DNA of 56,948 nucleotides. It comes from Candidatus Wolfebacteria bacterium RIFOXYB1_FULL_54_12 (GTDB lineage: Bacteria > Patescibacteriota > Minisyncoccia > UBA6257 > UBA9933). The DNA lies in contig MGIT01000004.1 of NCBI GenBank assembly GCA_001793895.1, positions 8,517 to 65,464 of the forward strand. Reading direction: 5' to 3'. The notes under the pieces were generated by a model. It was given only the letters and a program-made list of their open reading frames with translations. It was not told the DNA's origin and searched no databases. A program made the translations under genes and the position numbers. Numbering within the stretch: position 1 is the stretch's first letter; every line of letters begins with the position of its first letter. Shown here piece after piece: positions 17,334 to 27,648 of the stretch.

Positions 17334-17463
17334 GGATGTAGAGTAATGTAAAAAGACGTGAGGGACAAGGAATAGACCCTAACCTATGACCTATAACCAA
17401 TAACTAATAACGGGGGGGTAATTCCTAATTACTAATTTTTAATTTCTAATAGGGAATGCGGGG

Positions 17464-17533
17464 TGTCATCCTGAACTTGATTCAGGATCTCGTGATAAAA
17501 CAATAAGATTCCGGCTCTGAGGCCGGAATGACA
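17464..17533. repeat. ~70-bp double-hairpin element
   Basis: Near-identical to 33256..33325, including the spacer. Confidence 0.85.
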
Positions 17534-17552
17534 CATACCACATACTTTGTTA

Positions 17553-17590
17553 TAAAAAAATAGGGGGCTGCCTCGCGCAAGGCAGCCCCC
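17553..17590 (-). terminator. Rho-independent terminator
   Basis: GGGGGCTGCCT-tgcgcg-AGGCAGCCCCC followed by a T-run on the minus strand. Confidence 0.75.
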
Positions 17591-17626
17591 GTACTACAGA
17601 GGAAGGAGAGTGGTGGTGGGGTGGTA

Positions 17627-18052
17627 CTACGCCAGGGCTGAGGCGATCTCGTGGCCCAGGCGAATATGATTGGCGGCAGCACAGATCTGCTGCACAAACT
17701 CGTTGTAGCGCTTCTGCAGTGCTCGCCGCAGCATTTCCTTTTTCTCGCTAAGTTGCTTCGCGAGACTCAACAGCAAGCTCCGCAGTCCATCTTTCGTGAA
17801 CACCCTCGACAGGCGTTCAACGATCGTCGAATCGGCGAAGAATTCATCCGGCATGTTGGCGAATACCGCCGTAAGGTCCTTGCGGGCCATCTCGACGAAG
17901 TCAAACTCGATGGCGCAGTGGGTATGCAGCTCGCGCCCCTCCCGCTTGGCGCGAGCTGCTCCGGCGGCGATCGTCATGTGACAACAGGAACACACTGGTG
18001 TCCTGCCATTGTACTGCTGGGGAAATGGGAACTGAAACACTTTTGCTTGCAT
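17627..18052 (-). CDS. hypothetical 141-aa protein with a Cys/His cluster
   Basis: ATG at 18052 is preceded by AAGGAGGAG. MQAKVFQFPFPQQYNGRTPVCSCCHMT...HTHC. No family recognised. Confidence 0.55.
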   Translation of the reverse strand: MQAKVFQFPFPQQYNGRTPVCSCCHMTIAAGAARAKREGRELHTHCAIEFDFVEMARKDLTAVFANMPDEFFADSTIVERLSRVFTKDGLRSLLLSLAKQLSEKKEMLRRALQKRYNEFVQQICAAANHIRLGHEIASALA

Positions 18053-18176
18053 ACACTTCTCCTCCTTGCGTGAAATATTTTTCTCCTTCCTCAATGAGAT
18101 GTTCTGAAATGAATAATATACTATACGAGGTGCTTTGTCAACTCCGTCGCTCGCCTATGAGGCGCGTCTTTGTGTT

Positions 18177-18270
18177 GTGTCACCCCGACGGATGCCGGGG
18201 CCCAGAGTTTCCTGCAGCGGCGTGGTTTTACATAAGATACTCTGGATACCGGCCTCCGCCGGTATGACAA
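18177..18270. repeat. triple-hairpin composite element
   Basis: gtgtcaccccgacggatgccgggg-cccagagtttcctgcagcggcgtgg...ctctggataccggcctccgccggtatgaca. Confidence 0.75.
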
Positions 18271-18289
18271 TACGGGGGGGGGAGAAAAC

Positions 18290-18328
18290 TAAAAACCGCC
18301 AGCCCGTCGGTTGCCGGGCTGGCGGTTT
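18290..18328 (-). terminator. Rho-independent terminator after rpsA (bidirectional shape)
   Basis: ACCGCCAGCCCG-loop-CGGGCTGGCGGT with flanking A and T runs. Confidence 0.7.
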
Positions 18329-18339
18329 TTGTATCAGGT

Positions 18340-19491
18340 TTAGGCTTCGGCTTCTTCCGGAGCTTCTTCCTTCTTTTTTGCGGTCTTTTTATGGCCTTTG
18401 AGCTTCAAAAGGATGCGCTTTTCCTCGGGCTTTATGGCCTCGATGGTAAATGTGTGCTTTTTGCCCGGTTCCATGTTCTTTTTCAGTTCCTCCGGGGATC
18501 CGAACTCGGATACATGAATCAAGCCGTACAGGTCTTGGCCGAGGTCGATGTATGCGCCAAACGGGTTGACCTTATACACCTTTCCTTCGATTTCCTGCCC
18601 TTCTTTGAACTTATCGTTCACCGTTTCCCACGGATTCGGCTTCAATGCCTTGAGGGAAAGGAAAACCTTGTCGTCTTTGATCTCGATGATCTTTACCTTG
18701 ATCTCTTCATCGATCTTTACCACCTCTTTCGGGGTGTCGATCAAACGATAATCAAGCTCGGAAATGTGGATCAAGCCTTCGATGGCCGGATTGTCGATAA
18801 AACGGACAAATGCGCCGAAATCTGCAATACCCGATACCACGCCGCCGATTATGTCGCCGACGGTGTATTTGGCAAGCAATTCACGCACATTTTCCTCTAC
18901 CGCCTCCTTTTCGGAGATGATGAGCTTGTTGTTACGCGAATTAAGGTCGATGATCTTGACCTTCAGCTCTTCGCCTACAAATTTCTTCAATTCTTCAAGT
19001 ATTCGAGATTGGTCACCCTTCTCGATGCGCGGATAATGCTCGCTGGACAGCTGGGAAACCGGCAAAAATGCCTTGGTTCCGTGGATATCCGCCACAAGGC
19101 CGCCACTGTTGGCACCTTTGATCTTGACGGAAAACGGCTCGTCGGTGTCCTTCAACTCCTTCAAACCCTGCCAATTCTTCTGCTCCTGCGCGTTTATGAG
19201 GGACAATTCGACATAACCCTCATTGTTTTCGAGCGAAATTATCTTTGCGCTCACGGTGTCGCCCGGGTTCATTCCTTTCACAATGTCGCGAGAATTGATC
19301 AGTTCGATGCCGTATACGAGACCGGTACCGTACTTTCCAAGGTCAAAGTGTACGCCGCGCTTTGTCTTCGCGAGCAACTTTGCCTCGATCAAGTCTCCTT
19401 CCTTGAGGAACGAGATGATGTTCGCATCCGCCTTCGTCAGCTGATTCATTGCGGATGAGTTTTTTACCTCTACATTAATATTAGTGACCAT
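18340..19491 (-). CDS. rpsA: 30S ribosomal protein S1 (four S1 domains, 383 aa)
   Basis: Repeated S1-fold motifs (G..V.G.V..I..FGAFV.., GL.H.SE), Lys/Glu-rich tail. Confidence 0.8.
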   Translation of the reverse strand: MVTNINVEVKNSSAMNQLTKADANIISFLKEGDLIEAKLLAKTKRGVHFDLGKYGTGLVYGIELINSRDIVKGMNPGDTVSAKIISLENNEGYVELSLINAQEQKNWQGLKELKDTDEPFSVKIKGANSGGLVADIHGTKAFLPVSQLSSEHYPRIEKGDQSRILEELKKFVGEELKVKIIDLNSRNNKLIISEKEAVEENVRELLAKYTVGDIIGGVVSGIADFGAFVRFIDNPAIEGLIHISELDYRLIDTPKEVVKIDEEIKVKIIEIKDDKVFLSLKALKPNPWETVNDKFKEGQEIEGKVYKVNPFGAYIDLGQDLYGLIHVSEFGSPEELKKNMEPGKKHTFTIEAIKPEEKRILLKLKGHKKTAKKKEEAPEEAEA

Positions 19492-19657
19492 AGACCAACA
19501 GCATACGTAAAAACTATTTGAAAATCAAGGGGAAATGGGGTATTATAGGAACTAAGCCACAAGAAGTGAAGTGCGCGTATTGTCATTCCCGCGAAGGCGG
19601 GAATCCACTTCTATTTAAATAGATTCCCGCCTTCGCGGGAATGACAGCGATACTTTT

Positions 19658-20281
19658 ATGATCATCACTTACTACGGAGAAAACAGCTTCAAAATACAAA
19701 GTGGCGAATTCACCATTTTGACCGATCCGGTCGATAGCGCAAGCGGTTTGACCCCGCCCCGCTTCAAATACGACATTTTGCTCAAGACGCTGACTACCTT
19801 CCCACCGCATGAAATCGCCTCCGAACAAGGGATATCCATCTACGGCCCCGGCGAGTACAATGTGGAAGATGCGACCATATTCGGCTATTTGTCGGAAAAT
19901 GAGGTAACCGATAAGATACTCAAGACCGTTTATGTGGTCACGCTCGAAGACATTAAGCTCTGTTTTCTCGGACACCTTGCCGATATTCCCTCACCCGCCA
20001 TCATGGAGCGGCTCGAGGATATCGACATCCTCTTTGTCCCCGGCGGTGGCGCCCCGTATATCGACCAAAAGAAGGTCGCCAAACTCATAAAGCAGATCCA
20101 GCCGAAAATAGTCATCCCTACCGCATTCAAGGTTCCGGGACTTAAACGACAAGCCGAGGACCTTTCGACATTTTTGGAAGAGCTCGATCAAAAGGATGCC
20201 GAATCGCAAGAAAAGCTCACAATCAAGAAAAAGGAACTTTCACTAATAAAACCGACACAAGTTACGATATTAAAACCATAA
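19658..20281 (+). CDS. MBL-fold metal-dependent hydrolase (UPF0173-like)
   Basis: MIITYYGENSFKIQSGEFTILTDP..., 207 aa. Confidence 0.65.
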   Translation: MIITYYGENSFKIQSGEFTILTDPVDSASGLTPPRFKYDILLKTLTTFPPHEIASEQGISIYGPGEYNVEDATIFGYLSENEVTDKILKTVYVVTLEDIKLCFLGHLADIPSPAIMERLEDIDILFVPGGGAPYIDQKKVAKLIKQIQPKIVIPTAFKVPGLKRQAEDLSTFLEELDQKDAESQEKLTIKKKELSLIKPTQVTILKP

Positions 20282-20291
20282 CGAATACAGC

Positions 20292-20360
20292 TGTCATTCC
20301 GAACTTGTTTCGGAATCTCGTGTATAGTCGATAAGATCCTGAAATAAATTCAGGATGACA
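20292..20360. repeat. ~70-bp double-hairpin element
   Basis: tgtcattccgaacttgtttcggaatct-N-gatcctgaaataaattcaggatgaca. Confidence 0.85.
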
Positions 20361-20669
20361 AGCAAAATCATGCGCCACCAACTCCAGCGGATCCGTCGCT
20401 CCGACACAAAAACAAAGCGAAAATGGCTCATTGGACTAAGTAGCGTCTCCGTTCTGATTATCATTTTTGCGTGGATACTCTATATGCAGGCATTCGTATT
20501 CACGAGATCGGATGACAGCACAAAAGAGGACGTCCATATCGCCTTTTGGCCGGTACTCAAAACCGGACTTTCTATTACCGGATCGTCCATCAGACATACA
20601 TTTAATGACATCCTTTTGGAAATGCCGGAGGTCGGAAGAAGGACCACAACAATAGAGAATCCAGAATAA
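20355..20669 (+). CDS. hypothetical membrane protein (start uncertain; the first ATG comes from a repeat)
   Basis: Basic N-terminus followed by one TM segment (LIGLSSVSVLIIIFAWILY). Confidence 0.4.
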   Translation: MTSKIMRHQLQRIRRSDTKTKRKWLIGLSSVSVLIIIFAWILYMQAFVFTRSDDSTKEDVHIAFWPVLKTGLSITGSSIRHTFNDILLEMPEVGRRTTTIENPE

Positions 20670-20748
20670 CCATACTACCACATTGTCTGTCATTCCCGCG
20701 GAGGCGGGAATCCACTACCCTATTAAATAGATTCCCGCCTCCGCGGGA

Positions 20749-23223
20749 ATGACAACGAAACAACCCACCATGGACGAACAGACAGATAAAGTTGAAAAAA
20801 GGGGGATCGAACGCGAGCTCCAAGAATGTTACCTCGACTACGCGATGTCGGTCATTATTTCGCGCGCATTGCCCGATGTCCGCGACGGCATGAAGCCGGT
20901 GCAACGGCGTATTTTGTGGGCCATGTGGGAAACGGGCCTGAAGGCAGGCGTAAAATACCGCAAGTCCGCGGCCGTTGTCGGCGAAGTACTCAAGAGCTAT
21001 CACCCGCACGGTGACTCCGCAGTGTACGATGCCATGGCACGCATGGCGCAAGACTTTTCGCTTCGCTACCCGCTGATCGATGGTCAAGGAAACTGGGGAT
21101 CCATCGACGGCGACAACCAGGCGGCGATGCGTTACACCGAGTGCCGTCTTTCCAAAATATCCGAAGAACTTTTATTCGACATTGAAAAGGATACCGTTGC
21201 ATGGGGTCCGAACTACGACGGCACTTCCGAAGAGCCGCTCGTATTGCCGGCACGGCTCCCGGCCCTGCTTTTGAACGGCGTCGCCGGCATCGCCGTTGGC
21301 ATGGCCACCAACATTCCGCCGCACAACCTGCGCGAAATAGTCGATGCCATTTTGCATCTTTCCGAAAATCCGCACGCAAGCACCGATGACCTGATTCAAT
21401 TCATCAAAGGCCCGGACTTCCCGACCGGTGGCATCATCTACGACAAGCGCGCCATAGCCGAAGCGTACAAGACCGGCCGTGGTGGCGTGACCATGCGCGC
21501 CGTTTCCGACATCCATGAGCGCAAGAGCGGACTGTTTAATATCGTCATCACCGAGATCCCGTATCAGGTCAACAAATCGGAACTGCTCGCAAAAATAGCC
21601 GGGCTTGTTACCGAGAAGAAGATTGAGGGCATCAAGGACCTGCGCGACGAATCGGACCGCGACGGATTGCGCGTGGTCGTCGAACTGAAAAATGACGCCG
21701 CACCGCAAAAGGTTTTAAACCAGCTCTACAAGCACACCGATCTGCAGAAGAACTTTAACTTCAACATGACGGCGCTCATTCCGTCTCCGGGCGGGTTGCA
21801 ACCACAGCTGCTTTCGTTGAAGGACATTCTCGGGTTCTACCTTGAGCACCGCAAGGAAGTGGTCCGCAAGCGCGCCGAATATGAATTGCGCAAGGCGCAA
21901 GAGCGCGCACATATATTGGAAGGCCTCGCCAAGGCGCTCGAGTTCATTGATGCCGTCATTGCGACCATCAAGAAGTCAAAGGACAAAGAAGAGGCGCATG
22001 AAAACCTCATAAAGAAGTTCAAGCTCACCTCCATTCAAACGACGGCTATCCTTGAAATGCGCCTGCAAACGCTTGCCGCTCTTGAGAGCAAAAAAATCGA
22101 AGACGAGCTGAAAGAAAAGATGCGCATCATCAAGGAACTCCAAACGCTTTTGGCGAGCGTTGCAAAGATCTTGGGCGTCATCACGAACGAACTACGCGAT
22201 CTGCGCGACAAGTTCGGCGATGATCGCCGCACCAAGGTCGTGCCGGGCGCCATCGGCGAGTTCAAAGAGATCGATCTCATTCCTGAAGAGGACGTCATCA
22301 TCACCCTTTCCCAAAGCGGCTATATCAAGCGCGTTACGGCCGACACCTACAAGGCGCAGAAGCGCGGCGGCAAAGGATTGATCGGTTCCGAAGTAAATGA
22401 AGAAGATACGCTCGTAAACTTCATTTCGGGGAACACGCACGATAACATTTTGTTCTTTACCCACACGGGGCGCGTGTTCCAGACAAAGGTCTACGATGTG
22501 CCGCAAGGTAGCCGCACCGCGAAAGGCAAGCTGATGCAAAACTTCCTTGATCTTCCTCCTGAAGAAAAGATCAATGCGGTCATCGCCTACCCCGATGGAG
22601 GCGTCGAAGGTCGCTACCTCGTCATGCTTACCGCAGACGGAACGATCAAAAAGACGTCACTGTCCGAGTTTGCCAATATCCGCAGGACCGGCATCATCGC
22701 CATCAACCTTACAAAGGGCGACTCGCTCATCGGCGTGAAACTTTCCTCCGGCAAGGACGAGATCATCATCACCACCAATGCCGGTCAAGCCATTCGCTTC
22801 AAGGAAACCGACACCAAGCCGCTCGGACGCGCGGCGGCAGGCGTACGCGGTATCAAACTGAAAAAGGATGACCGCGTCGCAGGATTCGACATCGTGCGCA
22901 CCGACCAAAAGGCAGATCACAAAAAACAAACGCTGCTCGTGGTGTCCGAAAACGGATTTGCGAAGCAAACTCCGATCAGTGAATACAAAACGCAGACCCG
23001 CGGAGGCATGGGTATCAAGACCTCCAATGTCACCCCGAAGATCGGCAACATCATCAGCGGACAGATCATCCGCGAAGAAGAAGAGCTGCTCGCCATTTCC
23101 AATAAAGGTCAGATCATCCGCATCCCGCTTAAGGATGTGCGCACCGCAGGCAGGGCAACCAGCGGCGTGAAGATCATGTCACTCAAGGAGAAGGACAAGC
23201 TTGCAGGAGTTGTGGCGCTGTAA
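20749..23223 (+). CDS. gyrA: DNA gyrase subunit A
   Basis: [29 protein letters not shown] and C-terminal beta-pinwheel repeats. The first ATG is the ATGACA end of a repeat; an alternative start is at 20770. Confidence 0.95.
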   Translation: MTTKQPTMDEQTDKVEKRGIERELQECYLDYAMSVIISRALPDVRDGMKPVQRRILWAMWETGLKAGVKYRKSAAVVGEVLKSYHPHGDSAVYDAMARMAQDFSLRYPLIDGQGNWGSIDGDNQAAMRYTECRLSKISEELLFDIEKDTVAWGPNYDGTSEEPLVLPARLPALLLNGVAGIAVGMATNIPPHNLREIVDAILHLSENPHASTDDLIQFIKGPDFPTGGIIYDKRAIAEAYKTGRGGVTMRAVSDIHERKSGLFNIVITEIPYQVNKSELLAKIAGLVTEKKIEGIKDLRDESDRDGLRVVVELKNDAAPQKVLNQLYKHTDLQKNFNFNMTALIPSPGGLQPQLLSLKDILGFYLEHRKEVVRKRAEYELRKAQERAHILEGLAKALEFIDAVIATIKKSKDKEEAHENLIKKFKLTSIQTTAILEMRLQTLAALESKKIEDELKEKMRIIKELQTLLASVAKILGVITNELRDLRDKFGDDRRTKVVPGAIGEFKEIDLIPEEDVIITLSQSGYIKRVTADTYKAQKRGGKGLIGSEVNEEDTLVNFISGNTHDNILFFTHTGRVFQTKVYDVPQGSRTAKGKLMQNFLDLPPEEKINAVIAYPDGGVEGRYLVMLTADGTIKKTSLSEFANIRRTGIIAINLTKGDSLIGVKLSSGKDEIIITTNAGQAIRFKETDTKPLGRAAAGVRGIKLKKDDRVAGFDIVRTDQKADHKKQTLLVVSENGFAKQTPISEYKTQTRGGMGIKTSNVTPKIGNIISGQIIREEEELLAISNKGQIIRIPLKDVRTAGRATSGVKIMSLKEKDKLAGVVAL

Positions 23224-23261
23224 CGCAGAGGTGAGAGATTAGAGATATGAGGTTTGAGCAA

Positions 23262-23291
23262 AAACGGAACGCTTTCGCGTTCCGTTTTTTG
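23262..23291 (+). terminator. Rho-independent terminator after gyrA
   Basis: ACGGAACGC-tttc-GCGTTCCGT followed by T6. Confidence 0.75.
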
Positions 23292-23314
23292 ACCTTACCC
23301 ACTCCGCCGCATTG

Positions 23315-23475
23315 TCATTCCGGACTTGACCCTCGGCGTTGCTAGTAATCCGCCAGCCGGCGGAGAGCGTGCAACGTGCCGGGATACTCGAAGCGCATAA
23401 AGTTTGCGCGCTTCAAGTGATCCGGAATCTCGTGGACTAGTTGCGAGATCCTGAAACAAGTTCAGGATGACAGCC
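23315..23475. repeat. double-hairpin element carrying a ~90-nt nested insert (23329..23418)
   Basis: Same insert as at 32448..32536 and 48350..48438. Confidence 0.85.
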
Positions 23476-23570
23476 GGCAATTCTTGCCATCCCGATCCGC
23501 CGGCTGGCGGACGAGGAATCTGCAGCTGTTATTGGTTGTAGGTTATCGGTTGTCAGTTTATACTATACAT

Positions 23571-24854
23571 ATGCAACTCACACGCAATCAGGTAATGATC
23601 CTTGGCGGAGCGGCGCTCGCCATCGCCCTATTTATCGGCATCTTCGTTTATCTCATTCCCGCACTGCAACAGCAGAGTTCCGATGAGCCCGCGACAAAAA
23701 TAACACTTACCATTTGGGGTATCGAAGAACAGGGTAATATTTATGCACTTACCTCGCAATATGCGGCGGCGCATCCGAACGTAGCCTTGCGCTACACGCA
23801 GATTCCCGAGGATCGCTACGAGCGGACATTACTCAACGCGCTTGCCACCGATACTGGCCCGGACATTCTTATGGTGCATCGCAGTTGGGTACAGCGATAC
23901 AGCGATAAGATCATGGCAGCCGATCATTCGGATATCCAACCGGCCGAACTGCGCGGTCTTTTTCCGGATGTCGTAGCCAATGACTTTACGTATTTGAACT
24001 ACGTGTTCGCCCTTCCGCTCTACATCGATTCGCCTGCGCTCTTCTATAATAAAGACCTCTTCGACAAAAAAGGCGTTGCGGTAGCGCCGAAAACGTGGGA
24101 CGACATAAAAATGCTCGTTCCCTATTTTACGGAATTTACCGTCAACAAGCAGCTACAAAAGTCAGCCATAGCGCTTGGCGGTACGACCAAATCCATCACC
24201 AACGCGCCGGACATCCTTTCATTGCTCATGCTCCAGTTCGGGGCAAAGAACCTCGAAACCACAGGTCGGCGCACATCGTTTGAAGCTTTGGCAAGAAATG
24301 CCCTCGATTTCTATGTGCAATTTTCCACGCCGAACAATCCGAACTATACATGGAACGATTCATTCGCCCAGGCGGACAATGCATTCGGCTCTGGCGATGT
24401 AGCCATGACCATCGGCTACTCGCGTGACATCAAAGGGCTTGTGCAAAAAAATCCATATCTCGACTTCGGCGTTTACCCGATGCCGCAAAACGATACGACC
24501 AACCCGGTCAACTATGCGGATTATTGGGGCCTTGGCGTTTCCGCGAAAAGCCCGAACATCAAATTTGCATGGCGCTTCGTCATCAATGCAACCACCGATC
24601 CGACATTCGCCTCGCTTTATATGACGCGCTCGGGCAATCCACCTGCGCTCCGCACGCTCATCAACGACACGCTTCGCGATCCTAAACTCGGCGTGTTTTC
24701 CCGTCAGGCACTCACTGCCCGGGCACCGTTCCAATATGAAGTTACCGGTTATCGCGCCGCGCTTTCCCGCGCCATCGAATCGGTACTTACAGGCAGATTC
24801 AATGCGCAATCCGCACTTGAAAGAGCGTCAGTCGAGATTAACGATCTGTTCTAA
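23571..24854 (+). CDS. extracellular solute-binding protein (family 1, sugar-type ABC), membrane-anchored
   Basis: ATG at 23571 is followed by a TM anchor (VMILGGAALAIALFIGIFVYLI). General SBP architecture, with no permease or ATPase gene adjacent. Confidence 0.6.
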   Translation: MQLTRNQVMILGGAALAIALFIGIFVYLIPALQQQSSDEPATKITLTIWGIEEQGNIYALTSQYAAAHPNVALRYTQIPEDRYERTLLNALATDTGPDILMVHRSWVQRYSDKIMAADHSDIQPAELRGLFPDVVANDFTYLNYVFALPLYIDSPALFYNKDLFDKKGVAVAPKTWDDIKMLVPYFTEFTVNKQLQKSAIALGGTTKSITNAPDILSLLMLQFGAKNLETTGRRTSFEALARNALDFYVQFSTPNNPNYTWNDSFAQADNAFGSGDVAMTIGYSRDIKGLVQKNPYLDFGVYPMPQNDTTNPVNYADYWGLGVSAKSPNIKFAWRFVINATTDPTFASLYMTRSGNPPALRTLINDTLRDPKLGVFSRQALTARAPFQYEVTGYRAALSRAIESVLTGRFNAQSALERASVEINDLF

Positions 24855-24903
24855 AGTCTGTCGCCCTGATGGAGGACGAAATAATGATGCGAGAGGGGAA
24901 GAG

Positions 24904-24972
24904 TGTCATCCTGAACTTGTTTCAGGATCTCATGTTCTTCCAAAAAGATTCCGGATCGAGTCCGGAATGACA
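24904..24972. repeat. ~70-bp double-hairpin element
   Basis: Direct reading. Confidence 0.85.
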
Positions 24973-25003
24973 ATACAATAAATCAACGGTACAATATATC
25001 CAT

Positions 25004-25402
25004 ATGAAAAAAATTATCCTTTCCTTCACTTTATCCTTGGCGTTTATATCCTTGGTTGCCGCTCCTGTCGTTTTTGGCGCAGGACTCGTGCAATGTGATG
25101 AACAAAATCCGGCCGGTTGCTCCTTATGTGCACTCATCGCTACCATCAAAGCGGTGTACGACTTTATTACCCAGCTCACCATCGTCCTTGCCGTCGGTTA
25201 TATCATGTTTGGCGGATACCAAATGATGATATCGGGCGCAAACCCGGGGCTGTACGCAAAAGGGAAGAGTCACATCACGCAAGCTTTCATCGGCCTCGCC
25301 ATCGTCCTATCCGCATGGTTCTTCGTTGATATTCTCATGCGCGCGCTTACCGATTCCGGTGATATTTACGGCGCACCGTGGAGAACGCTGAATTGCCGAT
25401 AA
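25004..25402 (+). CDS. VirB2/TrbC-like (T4SS-type) pilin paralog 1
   Basis: Signal peptide (...VVFGA) followed by two hydrophobic helices, 132 aa. Confidence 0.5.
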   Translation: MKKIILSFTLSLAFISLVAAPVVFGAGLVQCDEQNPAGCSLCALIATIKAVYDFITQLTIVLAVGYIMFGGYQMMISGANPGLYAKGKSHITQAFIGLAIVLSAWFFVDILMRALTDSGDIYGAPWRTLNCR

Positions 25403-25447
25403 TGCAGTAGCTTGTCATCCCCCTCTTTTCCCTTATACTATATATAT

Positions 25448-25825
25448 ATGTATCCAATCATCGCGGCTATTCTTTCATTATTCTTCGTGGCCTCGCCTGT
25501 CTTCGCCACAATATCGGGTGGCATCGACACCGTCGCCAATGAGCCAATCGAATCCTCCGTCACATTCACGAGCCCCTTCGGCGATGCGACCATCACTGAT
25601 GTTATCAATCGGCTTATTGATTACGGCATCGGCATCGCCGCATCCTTGGCCGCGATCATGATCCTTTGGGGAGCATTTCAGATCATGACCTCCCAGGGGA
25701 ATCCGACCAAAATTACCATGGGGAGAAAAACTATCCTCTATGCACTCGGGGGGTTGGTCATCATCATTCTTGCGCGCGGGCTTGTTGCCATATTCGAAGG
25801 ATTAGTAACGGGTCTTGGCGCTTGA
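25448..25825 (+). CDS. VirB2/TrbC-like pilin paralog 2
   Basis: MYPIIAAILSLFFVASPVFA signal, then two hydrophobic helices (IGIAASLAAIMILWGAFQIM, LGGLVIIILARGLVAIF). Confidence 0.5.
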   Translation: MYPIIAAILSLFFVASPVFATISGGIDTVANEPIESSVTFTSPFGDATITDVINRLIDYGIGIAASLAAIMILWGAFQIMTSQGNPTKITMGRKTILYALGGLVIIILARGLVAIFEGLVTGLGA

Positions 25826-25857
25826 TAAAAGGTCGCTTTATTTGATAAAATAACAGT

Positions 25858-26208
25858 ATGAAAAAAATAACACTCACATCAGTAGTAGCAACGGCACTTG
25901 CCACACCGGCAATTGGTTTTGCCCAGGCGCAGCTCCCGTCCGCCGGAAGCGGACTAGGTACGGGAGTTGAGCCGATCATCGCCATCCTTGACACGGTCGG
26001 CGACTGGATGTTTGGCATCTTGATTGCAGCAGCAGCGATCTACATCCTACTTGCCGCGTTCAAGTTCCTTACGGCATCAGGAGATTCAAAGAAGATCGAC
26101 GAGGCAAAGCACATGCTCACCTACGCACTCGTCGCCATCGTCGTTGGAGCCCTTACCAAGGGAATCATCGCGATCGCGCAGGCAATCGCATCAGGTTCAG
26201 GCATATAA
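25858..26208 (+). CDS. VirB2/TrbC-like pilin paralog 3
   Basis: Signal ...AIGFAQA, then helices MFGILIAAAAIYILLAAFKFL and YALVAIVVGALTKGIIAI. Confidence 0.5.
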   Translation: MKKITLTSVVATALATPAIGFAQAQLPSAGSGLGTGVEPIIAILDTVGDWMFGILIAAAAIYILLAAFKFLTASGDSKKIDEAKHMLTYALVAIVVGALTKGIIAIAQAIASGSGI

Positions 26209-26227
26209 GTTTTTAACGCAAAAAGAA

Positions 26228-26252
26228 AGCCCCGATCGCTCGGGGCTTTTTG
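26228..26252 (+). terminator. bidirectional Rho-independent terminator
   Basis: AGCCCCG-atcgct-CGGGGCT with T5 downstream and an A-run upstream. Confidence 0.7.
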
Positions 26253-26264
26253 CTACGCCTACTT

Positions 26265-26717
26265 TTAGTGATGCACGAATGAGGCGACCATTGTGCATCC
26301 TTCAGGAACCTTAATGGCAACCGCCATCGGCTCCCTCCCTGACTTCTTTCCGAAATCGGTTTGTTCCCCGAAGGGCTTTGAGCCGCTTCCGTCGAGCCGG
26401 TCAAGCTCTCCTGCTTTTGCCGTGGCAGAAGAGAATGTTACCCGATAATCGGCAGGGAGCGCCACCAGTACCGGCTTATCTCCGGCTGGTACGACAAACT
26501 CTTTCGAGTCCGCCGGGCTAGTTATCTTGGAGAAGTCGTATGCCGCGGCATATTGCCGGCTGGAGTCTGCGCTCGTGGCTATACCCTTAACCGCTTCTTC
26601 CGGTACGAACATCTTAATGCCAATGATCACCACCAGCCCAATGAGCCCCCATTTGATCAGAATCTTTCCTACCCTTCTTGCCCGCTCAAGGAGCGGTGGG
26701 TTTTTTGCTTCCGCCAT
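26265..26717 (-). CDS. hypothetical membrane-anchored protein downstream of the SPFH-like gene
   Basis: ATG at 26717 is preceded by GGGAGGGAAAGG. One TM segment (WGLIGLVVIIGIKMF). Overlaps the upstream gene by 32 nt. Confidence 0.5.
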   Translation of the reverse strand: MAEAKNPPLLERARRVGKILIKWGLIGLVVIIGIKMFVPEEAVKGIATSADSSRQYAAAYDFSKITSPADSKEFVVPAGDKPVLVALPADYRVTFSSATAKAGELDRLDGSGSKPFGEQTDFGKKSGREPMAVAIKVPEGCTMVASFVHH

Positions 26718-27648
26718 ATCCTTTCCCTCCCGCACCTCCGTGCGCTCTGGCAGCGGCAATTACGCCGCCGATTAATTTCCCAAGGCCATCGCCACTTCCC
26801 TCGTCAACTATCCGAACGATTTCTTCGTTAATCCTGTGTTGAATCGTTCCCTCTTGGATCTGAACAGCCATCGTAGCGTCCTTGAACGACACACCGTCGT
26901 GTCCTTTCATGAGGACCCCCATGCGTTTTTTGAACGCCAACATTTCTTCGGCTTTCTGGGCATTTTTGATCTTCGCGGCCTTTCGCTCTGCCGCCGCAAC
27001 TACGACGCTTTTCGGCTCCACCAGCTGAGCCATATTCAGCCCAACCAATTTTACGCCGAACTGTTCAACGCAATACTCGCCGTCATTCTCTGACAGCTTG
27101 ATCACGAGATCATCAAGGAAATCATCCCTCTTAGGGGCATTTGCTGCCGTTTCGAGATAGTTTTCCTTTACGAGCGCATCGACGATTCGGAGGATAAACT
27201 CCTGGTACATCTTTTTTGCCTGATCGGCCGTATAAGGCTCCTCACTTCTATCCTGAGCAAACCTTTCAACGGCCGTTCGCGCAATGCGCATACATTTTTT
27301 CGTGATGCCCTCCTGCTTGCCGTTCTTGATGAATTTTTCCCCGCCTCCTTCCGCTACTTCAAATAGCATTGTCAGTGAGGTAGTCAATTCATCTTTATTC
27401 GGTAACACTATCTCAAACTCCTCTACCGACACATCAAACCGGCGAGGTACTTCAATGAAATCGGATATGATTCCCTTGAACCACAGAAACATGGCTTTCG
27501 GTCTCATAACCTTGTCCGTCGCCACCCCTCTTCGGGTGATGATCCGGACTTTCTCCGGGTCTCCGAGGGGGACATATGCATAGCACCCCCACAGAATCGC
27601 CCCGCCAGCCACCACCATTAGCATTAAAAGCATTGTGATTCCCACCAT
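26686..27648 (-). CDS. SPFH/band-7-like membrane protein (tentative)
   Basis: N-terminal TM, then an alpha/beta region, then a coiled-coil AAAERKAAKIKNAQKAEEMLAFKK and a Gly-rich tail. RBS is AAGGAGGAAAAG. Confidence 0.45.
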   Translation of the reverse strand: MVGITMLLMLMVVAGGAILWGCYAYVPLGDPEKVRIITRRGVATDKVMRPKAMFLWFKGIISDFIEVPRRFDVSVEEFEIVLPNKDELTTSLTMLFEVAEGGGEKFIKNGKQEGITKKCMRIARTAVERFAQDRSEEPYTADQAKKMYQEFILRIVDALVKENYLETAANAPKRDDFLDDLVIKLSENDGEYCVEQFGVKLVGLNMAQLVEPKSVVVAAAERKAAKIKNAQKAEEMLAFKKRMGVLMKGHDGVSFKDATMAVQIQEGTIQHRINEEIVRIVDEGSGDGLGKLIGGVIAAARAHGGAGGKGYGGSKKPTAP

